Assembly: GCA_051313645.2 (NCBI GenBank)
Contig: JBNRSN020000012.1
Location: 59,954,001-60,018,000, forward strand
Direction: 5' to 3'
Origin: Centroscyllium fabricii
Lineage: Eukaryota
DNA: 64,000 nt
The stretch's first letter is position 1; every line of letters begins with the position of its first letter. The position numbers and the translations under genes are program-made. Shown one piece after another: positions 52,050 through 64,000 of the stretch. The notes beneath the pieces were generated by a model. That model ran no database searches, was not told the origin of the DNA, and saw only the letters and a program-made list of their open reading frames with translations.

Positions 52050-52857
52050 CTTTTACAAAACAAAATAAAAGTTTCAATATAGGACATGATTTCTGACTTA
52101 AAATAGCTGCAAGAAATTAGCTGCAAAAGAAAATTACAAAAAAAAATGTAGATGCTCCCATGGTAGTTCACTCATTATTCTTGATTTAGCAAAGCCTTCA
52201 GTTTACACAGAGGAAGCAGTGAAGTTGAGAAGAGAACATAAATATGGATATACCCTAAGGAGCCACTGAGGAAATGAAAGGTTAGAATACTAGTATATGA
52301 AATTTTTTTGATTCATACAGTAATGATTTTTATTCCCCTTTCTTCATTCTCATATGTATTGAACAAATAATGACATACCAGGAGGAGAAACATTCTCTTT
52401 AATGAGATGAAGCCACTGTCGAATAAACTCATGTGCAAATGATCCATCCTTGCTGCAATTAGAGCTTGTCTATGGATATCCTTTCAGACCATCTTGACTG
52501 GAGGCCTGAGATAAGATAGAAGGGACTTCCCCAAAATAATTTAGAATAAATCTTTTTTTTTTATATTAAAAGGAGATGAACAGAGGCTCCACCCAAGAAG
52601 CAGGAACTTCCAGGAGAGAGACGTTCAAACTCTAAATTACCCTCAAGTAAAAGAGTCAACAGCTTTGCATTATTAGACAGACACTGGTGGGGTGGGGGTG
52701 GGGGGAGAAGGAAAGAAGTCGAAAGCTGAAGAAAATATGAGCAAATAAGTGAGCAAACTTAACAAAAAGTCATTTTCTTAAGAAATGCTTTTATTACACA
52801 AAGGAGGCCCATAATACTTCCTCTGCTAGTTACCTCATGGAATAAGAAATGCCAATA

Positions 52858-53409
52858 CAGATTGAGCGCCGGTAATCCGGCACGGGCGGGACCAGGCCCG
52901 TGCCAGGAAAGTGAAAAAAACGGTAGAATGAAGTAGGTCAGCGCGCATCATTCAAAATGGCCGCGCGCATGCGCACAACATTGGAAATGGCCGCCGAACG
53001 TCCTTGCTGAGTCTCGGCTGCAGTTTGTGCCTCCTGATGACGGCCTGCAGGCTGCCCCGGGGAACCGCGCGCTTCACCATGGCGGGCGCTCGGGACTCGC
53101 ACATTCAAAACGGGTGCGAGCTGCCGCGCCCTGACGTCACGGAAGGCCCGGCTCGTCCGGCGGCCATATTGAATGATCTGCGCATGCGCTCGCCGTCCGG
53201 CGGCGCATACACAGATCATTCAAAACATCCGGCAGCCGTTGTGAATGATCTGCGCATGCGTTCGCCGTTCCGCGGCGCATGCACAGATCATTCGCCGAAG
53301 CCTCGATCGCGGCTGCCATTTTGCGCATGCTCAGGGCAGTCGGGGCGATTTATACCGGACCACTGAAGTTGCCGGCGTTTCGGGTAACGGATTACCGGTG
53401 CTCAACCTG
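52858..53409. mobile_element. Non-autonomous pogo/Tigger-like element, copy 5, with cargo
   Basis: TA-CAGATTGAGCGCCGGTAATCCG ... CGGATTACCGGTGCTCAACCTG; same arms as copies 2 and 3, inverted. Confidence 0.9.
52997..53080 (-). pseudogene. Captured 5' coding fragment resembling centromere protein W (CENP-W) N-terminus
   Basis: Kozak CCCGCC-ATG-G; MVKRAVPRGSLQAVIRRHKLQPRLSKDV vs recalled chicken CENP-W MRRTVPRGTLRKIIKKHKPHLRL; not database-checked. Confidence 0.65.
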
Positions 53410-54057
53410 TCGTACTTTTTCTGAGAGACAATCACAGAAAACCAATAGTAATAACTAATTGCAGAAATAAAAGGAACCCCTTTCTGTATTGAAAAGTGTT
53501 TGAGGTGGGAACGACAGTAGGACTGCCCACTATAAGCAGGCAAACTGAAGGTTCCTCCAGGGCAAGGTGGGTAGGCAGGGTCCTTTTACACAATGCATGA
53601 TGAGAAATGTGTTAACAGCTGACATCAAAATTACAGCATGTTCAGAGGTTATTGTCACTAATGGTTCACTCTGATTCAATCCTGAAGTATGTACACGATA
53701 CGAAGATTTAGAAAACTGAGCTTCAAATTAAAAATCACCAATGTATACAAACTCACTGCACTTTTAATGGAAAAACTTAATTGAACATGGTACCAAAATA
53801 TGCACTGTAAAAATAAGAGCAAAATTAAGTGTTTAAAATGTAACATGTAAACAAACAACATACCATTAATTAAAATAAACCATGTCCAAACTGATAGATG
53901 CTTAAACCATAGTTACAAGAGCAAAGATTGTTACTTTTATTGCCAAATTAACATTGCTGCACTGTAACCATCAGTGTAATGTGCTGCATTTCAACACAGA
54001 ACTGCTCCCCAATTAAACTATTTATATATATTTTTTTAGGAACAGGTCACAACTCAC

Positions 54058-54231
54058 CATAGTTGGATAGAAGAGTATGAAGACTGCAGAACCAAGGAAG
54101 GCAGTGGGACCAAGTAATGTCGTGTTATAAATCATTCCCAGAACTGCGACAAGTGGCCCACCTGCCAACAAGCTTCCGACTGCAGCAGCTTCAAACAATC
54201 GCTGTCCATCGCTCGAGCAGATGTTGATAAG
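54058..54231 (-). CDS. ABCC5: ABCC5 coding exon (~exon 7)
   Basis: LINICSSDGQRLFEAAAVGSLLAGGPLVAVLGM...FILFYPTM; CAG/GTGAG; 174 bp. Confidence 0.96.
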
Positions 54232-56195
54232 CTGTGGAGAAGAAAACCAAAACATTAGATGGGTTCTACAGATAAGACCGACTCACAACATTTCCCCCAA
54301 AAATGTTTGCTGCTAATTTAAAAGAACTCCCATATACAGATAGACACACTCAAAGGTTTCCAATTCAATAGCTGCATGTTTTCCCTGCTGTCTTTGCTCA
54401 TTTGCCATTACACATTTTTAGAAGGACAGGAGCATTATAATTACAAAATGAACAATGTGTGCCAAACTGCACCTTGTGAAACTTGCGTGTCCCTTAACGG
54501 TCTCAGAGTGCATTTGTTGCGTCTTGCTCAGGTCAGCAAGCGACTCACTGGTCGTGGTAGATTCTTATATCAATTAGAGATTTTTTTGAATACACTTTTA
54601 GTGTAACACATATTTGCATTTAATATGCAGACATGCAACAGTTCCAGTATACATTTTAAAGCTATATATTAATGACTTATGACTGTGTGCGCTTCCTGTC
54701 CACAAGGCTTAGTTTCTGTCATCACGTATTTTGTGCAATGGTTTATAGCTGCCTGTCGAACTACACATGCAGGCCTGCTAACATTTATGGCACTGCAGCA
54801 CAAGTCTCCTTACTCCACCCGCCATTTTCTTCTTCGAGTACAATTTCAGTACTTACTTAACCTTGAAATTTTAAGCATTCCCGGCCGGTTGAAAGAAAAA
54901 TCTTCTCGCACTTTAATATTTTGGGAGGCTACATTTTCCCTAACCTCCAAACCTCGATTATATGCCACCCACTCCCAAACCCAGCTTTCGCCTCGCCATC
55001 TACTTTCATCCTTGGGCACATCCCCACTCACTTCACACACCACAACTCTTATTCACTTTCAGGTCAGCGTCTGCACCCTGCGATTTTCCTGCCCCAGCTC
55101 TGGCCTACCACCTTGCTGTGGTGACCCAGCATCGGGCCAGGGCCTATTTTCCAGCCCTGGCTTTTCCACCCTTTTGCCCTTTGCCTCCCGTAATGCTATG
55201 CCAGTGCCAGGCCTCATATCTGTGATTGTCACTGATAAACCAGCACTTAAGTTCTCAAAGTGCTTGAAGTGCTCATATAATGCATTATAGCATTTATTGC
55301 ACTTTAGGAAATGCACTGCCAGCTTACCAGCAAAAAATAACAGACCAGGCCATGGGCAGCATGGTAGTGTGGGAGGCAACAGGGAAGGTAAATAGCAGTC
55401 AGCAGATCTTAATCCGACCAGCATGGCACAGCAGGTAAAATACATTTTTCATAGGCACAGGGAAGTGAATGGTGAAGAAACTAAGAGACAGAGATGGCCC
55501 AAGGAGGAGGGCGCAGGGAGAGACACCAGTCAGTGGAAGAGGTCATTGAACACTGGATTAGCAGCTGAGCTGGGAAAGAACAGGGACATCTGCCGCACGG
55601 AAGGACTGTGGCAAATCATAAAGCCTGGGAGCGATATCATATCCCCCACCATCCAGTAAGTACTGCCCCAGGTGAAATGCAAATATATTTTTATGAAAGT
55701 GCACAGACACAGATTTTTAATACATTACTAATCAATCTGCCGAGTCACTTTGACAGGGAATCAAGACCAGTGGATACCTGGAACAGGAGGAGCTGATGAA
55801 TTTGCATCCCCATTTTAAAATCATCTATCTTCCCATTATAAATTCCTATATCTACATGGAAACAAGCGAACTAGTTGCACTGTAATTACACACTCACACC
55901 ACCACCGCCCCGCTCTCTCTCTACCCACACCCTGCCCCACCCCACCACCCATGGAAGTGCTGTATTGCCACAACCAACAAGTGAATGCAGATACAGTATG
56001 ACAGTTTTACATAGGCAGTTTCAGGCAGTTGCTAATATAAATTTGAACAGAGGAATTTTTAGTGGAAATATAAAAATAAAGACAATAAAGATAATGTATG
56101 ACTTTTAAAAGGGGACAGAATTATATCTACATACTGATCCAATTATGCCCCTTCCTCCAACCTGCTTCACCTGAAATCTTGCCAGTAGAGGTAGG

Positions 56196-56197
<2 letters not shown>

Positions 56198-56249
<52 letters not shown>
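56198..56249. repeat. Poly(T) tract, ~50 nt
   Basis: Direct reading. Confidence 0.9.
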
Positions 56250-56254
<5 letters not shown>

Positions 56255-56705
56255 GGCAGCAGATATTTAGTGGCAACTTGCTCTCCGTTGCAAGTTCCTA
56301 TGTCCGCATTCATAATGTATTTTGTCGATGTAAACTTATCGTTCTGATTGCACAATCCCGCAATCTTCAGATTGTCCCCTCAGGACTCGCCTCGCCTACT
56401 TCCCGCTCTGGGCTCCCAGGCCTCCTACTCCAAAATTAGTCCATGCAAAAACATCCCGAACTCTGAAATATTTCACTCTATTCTGCAATCCCACCAAGCC
56501 TTCAGACCTCAGCACGACCACATTAAATCATTCACACTGACCCACAAAGCTGTTGCAGCCCTCCCTGTATTAAGAGTTAGACAGATATTGGCATGAAAGT
56601 TTAAAATTCATATTTTGGGTTTGTTTATTAATCCACATATGTCTGATTCTGTCAAGTTAACTATTGCATAACTCTGCTCTAACAAGACCAACATTGTGAC
56701 CGTAC

Positions 56706-56939
56706 CTCACCCAGAGATTTCTCCTTTATGTTCTTAAGTTTCAGAATCTTATCAAATGCCATGGTAAGGACAGCTCCACGAAGTCTGGCAGCAGTGCGGT
56801 AGTTCAGTGCCCAGGTCATTGCAAATGACCAGGAACGGACTACTTCGGTCATAAACAGCCCAAAACTTAACAAGCAGCCATACTGCAGGTTCGACTCACT
56901 CAGTGCTGCATAGTCCAAAAGACGCTTCACAAGAAAAGC
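56706..56939 (-). CDS. ABCC5: ABCC5 coding exon (~exon 6; TMD1)
   Basis: AFLVKRLLDY...SWSFAMTWALNYRTAARLRGAVLTMAFDKILKLKNIKEKSLGE; TAG/GTACG; 234 bp. Confidence 0.96.
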
Positions 56940-57247
56940 CTAGAAAAGGAAAACACCAGTGTGAATGTGAAAAGGTATTGTAATTGCTTGCAAATTTAAA
57001 AAAGCTATTATAACAGATAGAAAATATATATTTTGAATTTTACATTCCTTATTTTATCATATTCCATTGTGACAATCTATCAGAACAGTGTACCTACAGT
57101 TGACGGAAGAATGAAGTGGCAGTGTTTGCAAAACACTCCTGAAAGTAAACAGTGGGAGTTTAATCATACTCGAACAGGAGAAAAACAGATGAGATGCTTA
57201 CATTAGAATACTTTTTGGTTATTGCTTTACCTCATGAAAATACTCAC

Positions 57248-57302
57248 CTCCCATACAAATCTACTGTACTGGTGTCAATAGTGGGAACATGCAGACATAT
57301 AA
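57248..57302 (-). other. Candidate stop-containing cassette exon in the ABCC5 intron-5 equivalent
   Basis: tttcctcctttaag acceptor, GAG|GTGAGT donor, 55 nt, phase-0 reading LYVCMFPLLTPVQ*. Confidence 0.4.
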
Positions 57303-60300
57303 CTTAAAGGAGGAAATGGATACCACATGAATGGCAATTTTATCACATCATGAATTCAACTCACATTGAGGGGGACAAGTTTATTGGAATTTCAATGATT
57401 GCCAAAAAATACAACACAACAAATAATTTTAATGAAAGCCACATATAAATACATAAAACTATATGCAAAAATTGAATGCACAGTCAAATTGCTACATTCT
57501 GGTCATAAAACAAAATACACTACATTTTATCTGCATTGCTACAACCAAAAGTGTTTAAACCTACATAAATCCACCATGAATTATATACTTCGTTGAAATA
57601 ATTGCATACCACCAAGTCAACCACCTTTTACAAAAAGGATTTTGCAGAAAAGTGGAAGCCTCAGAGCATCTATATTACAATAATCCACACATGATCGACA
57701 TTTACATTGCAGCGTGTGTGTATGTAATTTTTCTTTGGGAGGGAGAAATCAGTAGATTCAGTACAGCGCTCACTACAAGATACAGATTCCAAGAAATAGT
57801 TCAACAGAAAATAATTTTCTCAAGTTGTGCCAAGTCAAGAATTAGATTTTGTGCGATCCATGAAAAACACACACTTTTGAGAATGTAGTGCCAATTACAT
57901 ACAAGGAATGAGCATTGTACTTAAAATGCAATGTAGTTTTCATTCAAACCCTTAACAGTTTTAAACATTCTACTTGTACCAATTTCTACACATGTAGAAA
58001 TTGTTAATCCTTTTTATGTACTACATGCATTCAATGCTTCCACTGCCAGTGAACAGGGGTGGGTGTCGGGGGCGGCGTTGGGAAGATAGTGGATAGAAAG
58101 AGGAAGAAGAGGCAGAAACATGGCAGCAGGTTAATTACTCCTAAAAAGAGCAGCACAGTTTAAAAGATATTTCACAGTGGTGCATTTTGCATTGTTCTCT
58201 TTTGGAGCAATGAAGTAAGTCTAAAAGGAATGTACTCTCTAAATTTACCCTTTTAGAATGTATGTATGTTTTTTCTCAGACATTCTTTCTTTAAAACTTA
58301 ACCTAGATAAATCCTGGACATTTCAGGGTTCAAGGGGGAAAACTGCTTAACTGCACAATGTTCCTTGCTGCTAGAATGTAATTGATTCAGTCTTCTGCTA
58401 TATCAGGGCTTTTGCAAACAAGAATTGAAGGAAGTCACATTTTCATCAAGTGCATGATTTACTGAGCCAACAATGAGCGGCTTGAGATTGCAGCTGCCAC
58501 TGAGCACCAATGCAGTCACTCTGAATTCATTTGTAGTGCTGTTTATCAGTAGGAGGATCTACCCGACTAGTTTATTACTAATTATGATGCATAAGAAACA
58601 TATTTAGTAACAGTCTGTCATATAGTTCCCTTGTATAACCATTGTCCCCGCCACCCTGATACCATTAACTGGCTCAATGATTTCAGTTACCACAAACACA
58701 TGTTACAAGCACTAAAACCTGAAGCCTAGTTGTGGCTCACCCACTTGTACAGTATGGTGGTTTCCACATTTCTGGAACAGCAGTGACTACATCAGTAATT
58801 GTCCTGTTTTGCATACTCGTGTCACAAGCGCTGGCATATTTAAATGTAGGCACAGCACAGAAGCGAGACTGCAGTCCCGTCCCATTACCCTGCGCACTAG
58901 GCATCCATGCAAGAAGAAATCTGCTCCTTCAGCCCATGTTACAAACTTGCTTCAAACGACTCACTAATTAATTTGCACATTAACAGCAGAGGACACTCAT
59001 TTTTCTTCAGATTAAGTTTTTGTACATACAAAAATTGCATAATCCAATTGGCGTTTAGAGCCAAAAGATATATATATTTTTTTAAATAGGTCATCAATTT
59101 AAATAATAATCCATAACTTTTCACACCACATCCTCTGTCAGAAATTTGAGGTGATGTTAAACATTTGTCTGAATCATACAAGTGCTCATTTTAAAGAGGT
59201 GCAGTGTACAGAAAGGCAGTAAGTATACACGCATAGGCATCCAAACATCAGGATTCTGAACACTGATGCAGGATCATTTAAAATAAACTTTTTGTAAAGG
59301 TCCAGAAAGGCATGAAAACAGCTCTGGAGAAATCACAGAAATTGTTTTTGTGTCCATCAGTTCAAGCGTAGTCTCATTAACAAATCAAATATACTAGCTT
59401 TATAAATAGTGCCAGTTGGCATATTAAACATTAACTGCAGTCTCAGCAATTCTTTCACATTTAATCCCGCAAGAGGATCAAGCCCTAGTTAGAACGTTGC
59501 TGTAATGCTGAATCACTCATCTCATTTTCACTCTGTAGCTAATCCCGTCGTGTTATTCTTTTCAGCGACGATTCACCATATGAAAACAACTGTCCGTTTC
59601 CTGGTCAACTGCAGTGCACATCAAGTCAAATTCGAAATGGCTGTTCTTGCAAACTCTCCAGTCATGTTTTACGGAGATCATATAAATACTTCTGCAAAAG
59701 TGTAAATTCCAGTTGAATGTGCAAGATTAAATTTGTAATTGTTTAGATATTACACCTCAGCAGCTGTAAACAACGAATTAGTGAAGATAGGGAAAGAACA
59801 ATTCTCCATTTCAGTAGGCAGCCTAAAAGTGCTCAGACTGCACAAAACATTGTAGAGGAAGACAGTAGCAGCACTTTCGCAGAAGAGTCTTCATCTCAAG
59901 CTTTAAGTGGAATCAGCTTGTAATTCTTGTTTACATTTACCATACAAGTCTAATCCCAAATTGAGAAATGTGATGCTTGCCGTATAAAAAAGCGTTAACA
60001 CATTAACATTAAAAAAAGACAAAACACTGATAAAAGCACTTGCACGCACTGAATCATTTCCAAAACAAGCTCAGGAAAGTCACTTTTTTCCCCAGGAGAA
60101 CCATTACTCTACCACTTCTAATATTCCCCGTAAAATACTGCGATTGTCACAAATTAGTCTGTAGTGTAGTACAGGTATGAGGCAAATTTGTCAAGTTTCT
60201 CGTCTTCCACAAAGATTTTCTTCCACTGAAGTGTTTATTTCCAATGAATGTTAAAACCTGGAACCAACTGCTGGTATAACATAACTTAACAAAATTTAAA

Positions 60301-60360
60301 CACTGACTGGGTGGCTTTAAATGGCACTGAACAGGTTACTATTTGTAATCACTACCTTAC

Positions 60361-60427
60361 CTTACAGCATGATGACCATTTCCGTACGACTTCCCATCTC
60401 ATCCAAAAGAACCTTTACATGGCAATC
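60361..60427 (-). other. Second candidate stop-containing cassette exon
   Basis: ttcttagcattcacag acceptor, tandem GTAAG|GTAAG donors, phase-0 reading DCHVKVLLDEMGSRTEMVIML*. Confidence 0.35.
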
Positions 60428-61484
60428 CTGTGAATGCTAAGAATAGCTTCTGTTGTGCATTTCACTACAGAGACCTCGGATTTGTAAATAAATCACAGTA
60501 TTAGAGAACCCCAAAGTTGCAGAAAATGCAATGGAGTTTTTCAAAGTAACAAATCCTCTCCACTCTTACCCCTCATGTATATTCAATTATCCTAAATTGC
60601 CCACTGACAAAAATACCAAGATCCCAAGGCATACTCAAAACAGATTATTTTTAAGTAGGATTTCACAATTGTCAGTAAGTATCTTCATCTAACCAACCAG
60701 AAGAACACAGACTTGGCAAGACCTATTAAAGAAACACAATCTGATAAACATGTTTTTCTCCTCCATCTTCCATGCCTTTTCCACCCCTACACCTGAAACA
60801 AAGCAAATACTGATTCACTAAGAAATACTTCTAACAGGAAAGGCCAAACGCTAAAATTCATTCAAATGCATCCAAAAGGCTCCTGCCATGCAAGTTAAAA
60901 ACTACAAATTTCTGGTCAAGAAGAAATGAGTAATTTTGTTACCAAGCTTCTGTATCCTATGTCTATCTGTTTATGGCTTTATATTTAAAAAAATCTGAAT
61001 TGCCTAAACCATCAACTTTGATGGTTCAGAAGTTTACAGAATTTAAGTTAAACTTCTCCAGTGCCAGGGCATTAATCAGCCCTATCCTCTCTACCAACCA
61101 AAAGCCAAACATTAAAAACTCTTTCCTCGTAACTATGAAATTACAAATTCTTTGAACCATCACAAAAAATGTCGTGGTTCGGCAGATTAATGTGTTTCAA
61201 CCAAGAACGAAGAAAAATGAGTTGTAGGATCCACCTATTAAAAATTCTCCCTTCATAAGCAAGATATTCAAACTGTAGTAATAGATTCAGTCTCGCATCT
61301 ATAAATTTATACGCCTAGTGCTAATTTCAGCTTCCTTCACGCCCTGGGTCATGGCATACAACAACTTGCATTTATACAGCGCCTGTAATGTAGCAAAACA
61401 TCCCAAGGCGTTTATCAATAAACAATTTGACACTGAGAGAGACATCAGGACAGATGATCAATAGCTTGGTCAAAGGGTTCGGTT

Positions 61485-62965
61485 TTACATAAGAACATAA
61501 GAAGCCAAGAGCAGGAGTGGGCCATACGGCCCCTCGAGCCTGCTCCGCCATTCAATAGGATCATGGCTGATCATCGACTTCAACTCCACTTTTCCAGCCC
61601 GATCTCCATATCCCTCGATTCCCCGAGAGTCCAAAAATCTATCGATCTCAGCCTTGAATATACTCAAAGACTCCGCATTCACAGACCTCTGGGGCAGAGA
61701 ATTCCAAAGATTCACAACTCTCAGTGAAGAAATTCCTCCTCATCAGTCTTAAATGGCCTACCCCTTATCCTGAGACTATGCCCCTAGTTCCAGACACTCC
61801 AGCCAGGGGAAACAGCCTCTCAGCATCTACCTGGTCAATCCCCTTCAGAATCTTATATGTTTCAATGAGATCACCTCATTCTCCTAAACCCCAGAGTATA
61901 GACCTAATCTACTTGATCTCTCCTCATAGGACAACCCTCTCATCCCAGCACTCAATCTAGTGAACCTTTGTTGCACCGCCTCCAAGGCAAGTATATCCTT
62001 CCTTAGAGAAGGAGACCAAAACTGTGCACAGTACTCCAGGTGTGGTCTCACCAAGGCCCTGTACAATTGTAGCAAGACGTCCTTACTCTTATACTCCAAC
62101 CCCATTGCAATAAAGGCCAACATGTCATTTTTGCCTTCCTTATTGTTTGCTGTACCTGCATGCTAGCTTTGTGTTTCTTGCACGAGGACACCCAAATCTC
62201 TCTGAACACCAACATTTGAAAGTTTCTCACCATTTAAAAAATATTGTTTTCTATACTTCCTACCAAAGTGAATAATCTCACATTTCCCTACATTATACTC
62301 CATCTGCTACCTTGCTGCCCACTCACTTAGTCTATCTATATCCCTTTGCAATATATCTCTGTGTTCTCCTCGGCTTACTGTCCCACCTAGCTTTGTATCA
62401 GCAGCAAACTTGGATACATTACACTCAGTCTCTTCATCTAGGTCATTAATATAGATTGTAAATAGCTGAGGCCCCAACACTGATCCTTGCGGCACCCCAC
62501 TAGTTACAGACTGCCAACCTGAAAAATACCCGTTTATCCCTACTCTGTTTTCTTTCCGTTAACCAATCCTCTATCCATGCTACTAGATTACACCCAACCC
62601 CATGAGCCTCAATCTTGTGTAATAACCTTTTATGTGGCAGCTTACCGAATGCCTTTTGGAAATCCAAATATACCACATCCACTGGTTCGCCTTGATCTAC
62701 CCTGCTAGTTACATCCTCAAAAAATGAATAAATTTGTCAAACATGATTTCCCTTTCATAAAACCATGTTGACTCTGCCTAATCAGGTTATGATTTTCTAA
62801 GTGACTTGATACCACTTCCTTAACAATGGATTCCAGCATTTTCCCCCGACGACAGATGTTAGGCTAACTGGTCTGTGGTTGCCTGTTTTTTTCTCTCCCT
62901 CCTTTCTTCAATAGCGGGGTTACATTTGCGACCTTCCAATCTGCTGGGACCATTCCAGAATCTAG
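61485..62965 (-). mobile_element. CR1 3' fragment inserted in an L2 tail (61360-61480)
   Basis: [41 protein letters not shown]; tail ttcttatg. Confidence 0.92.
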
Positions 62966-64000
62966 TTTTAAGGAGCATCTTAATCAACATAGGTAGGCTT
63001 TGTAGGATAAGGTAGGCTTTGTAGGATAGTGTATAAGTTAATAGGGAAAAATAACAATATAGAAGTCAGTATAAATATATTTGTATTGAGAATGCACTCC
63101 ATGTGAGAGGCCAACAATCCTACAAGCTTCTTTTTTTCTCTATCCATATGCTAGAAAGCTGTGGATCACTGTAGTTTTAACAAACATTTTCCAGAATACT
63201 CAATATATTGCTTTTTTCATGGACTTGGAAGTCTTACATACAAGTTTAGAATTGCAACAGCTCCAAAAGTACCTAGATAAGTCGTTTTTTTTAAATAAAA
63301 GCAGAATCGATTAAATTAATGCATAAGGAGGATTCACAAATGGTTCTTAGCACTGAATGACATGTAAAAGTGCACCATTTCTCTCTAACAAATGGACCAG
63401 ATAATCAGCCCTTTCCCCAATATTTCAACTCTAACATTAATTTGGAGCAGATTTGATTGTTTGGGGAAATAGGTCAAATTCCCATCATTAAATTTCCAAT
63501 ATTAAGTCTAGTTGAGGTAATTCTCCATTTGAAAATGAAGGAGTAAAAGTACAACAAGCGTTACTGGGCCGTGTCGAATGTCAATGGTTCTGTTCACAGA
63601 TCCCCGTAGTAATTTTAATAGTTAAATGAACTCTATAGCGAAATGCACAAAAGCTCTTCTCATATTTCAGAAAGACTTGTATGCTTTCTGTTTCAATTTA
63701 AAAAGTGTTAGAAAGTTGTGGGAGAGATCAGACAGACCAATATAAAATGACATTTACAACAGCACTGTTTCTCTCTAACAAATACACCAGATAATCTGCC
63801 TCTTCCCAATATTCAATGTCAGTTAAGAGCAGCCACTGTCCCAGAATATTGAAATTGCTTTGAAAGAATTCAAAAAGCAATTGTAAAAGTAGTTCAGAAC
63901 CACCATCAATTAAATTACAGTTTCCTTCAATAAACCTAGATGGATCATGCAAGACTCCAAGTATTGCTTTAAAAAAAAGCATTCTGTGGCAGCAAACTTC

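Noticed and set aside
54679-55290. 203-aa ORF in an intron
   Set aside because: No recognisable domain or splice context; overlaps probable degraded repeat sequence.

Overview
Vertebrate genomic DNA, almost certainly a cartilaginous fish (shark-type CR1/L2 LINEs, V-SINE, DeuSINE and Penelope remnants). The window holds 16 consecutive minus-strand coding exons of the ABC transporter ABCC5/MRP5, from TMD1 through NBD1 to the start of TMD2. They correspond roughly to human exons 6-21, all have GT-AG boundaries and the frame is continuous; the gene extends past both edges. The introns are packed with repeats. Three things stand out. (1) Five copies of a TA-flanked, CAGGTTGA-terminated non-autonomous DNA transposon. 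Most have arms made of NRF1-like and YY1-like motifs, and each carries a different GC-rich interior that looks like a captured host promoter/first exon. One encodes an N-terminus resembling CENP-W, which suggests a Pack-TIR-type promoter-capture system. (2) A young, intact 3.1-kb Vingi/Ingi-group LINE with a probable TSD and an HDV-like ribozyme fold at its 5' end, a horizontal-transfer candidate. (3) A repeat-free stretch of the intron-5 equivalent with candidate stop-containing (poison) exons. Repeat boundaries and family assignments were made by eye and are approximate.
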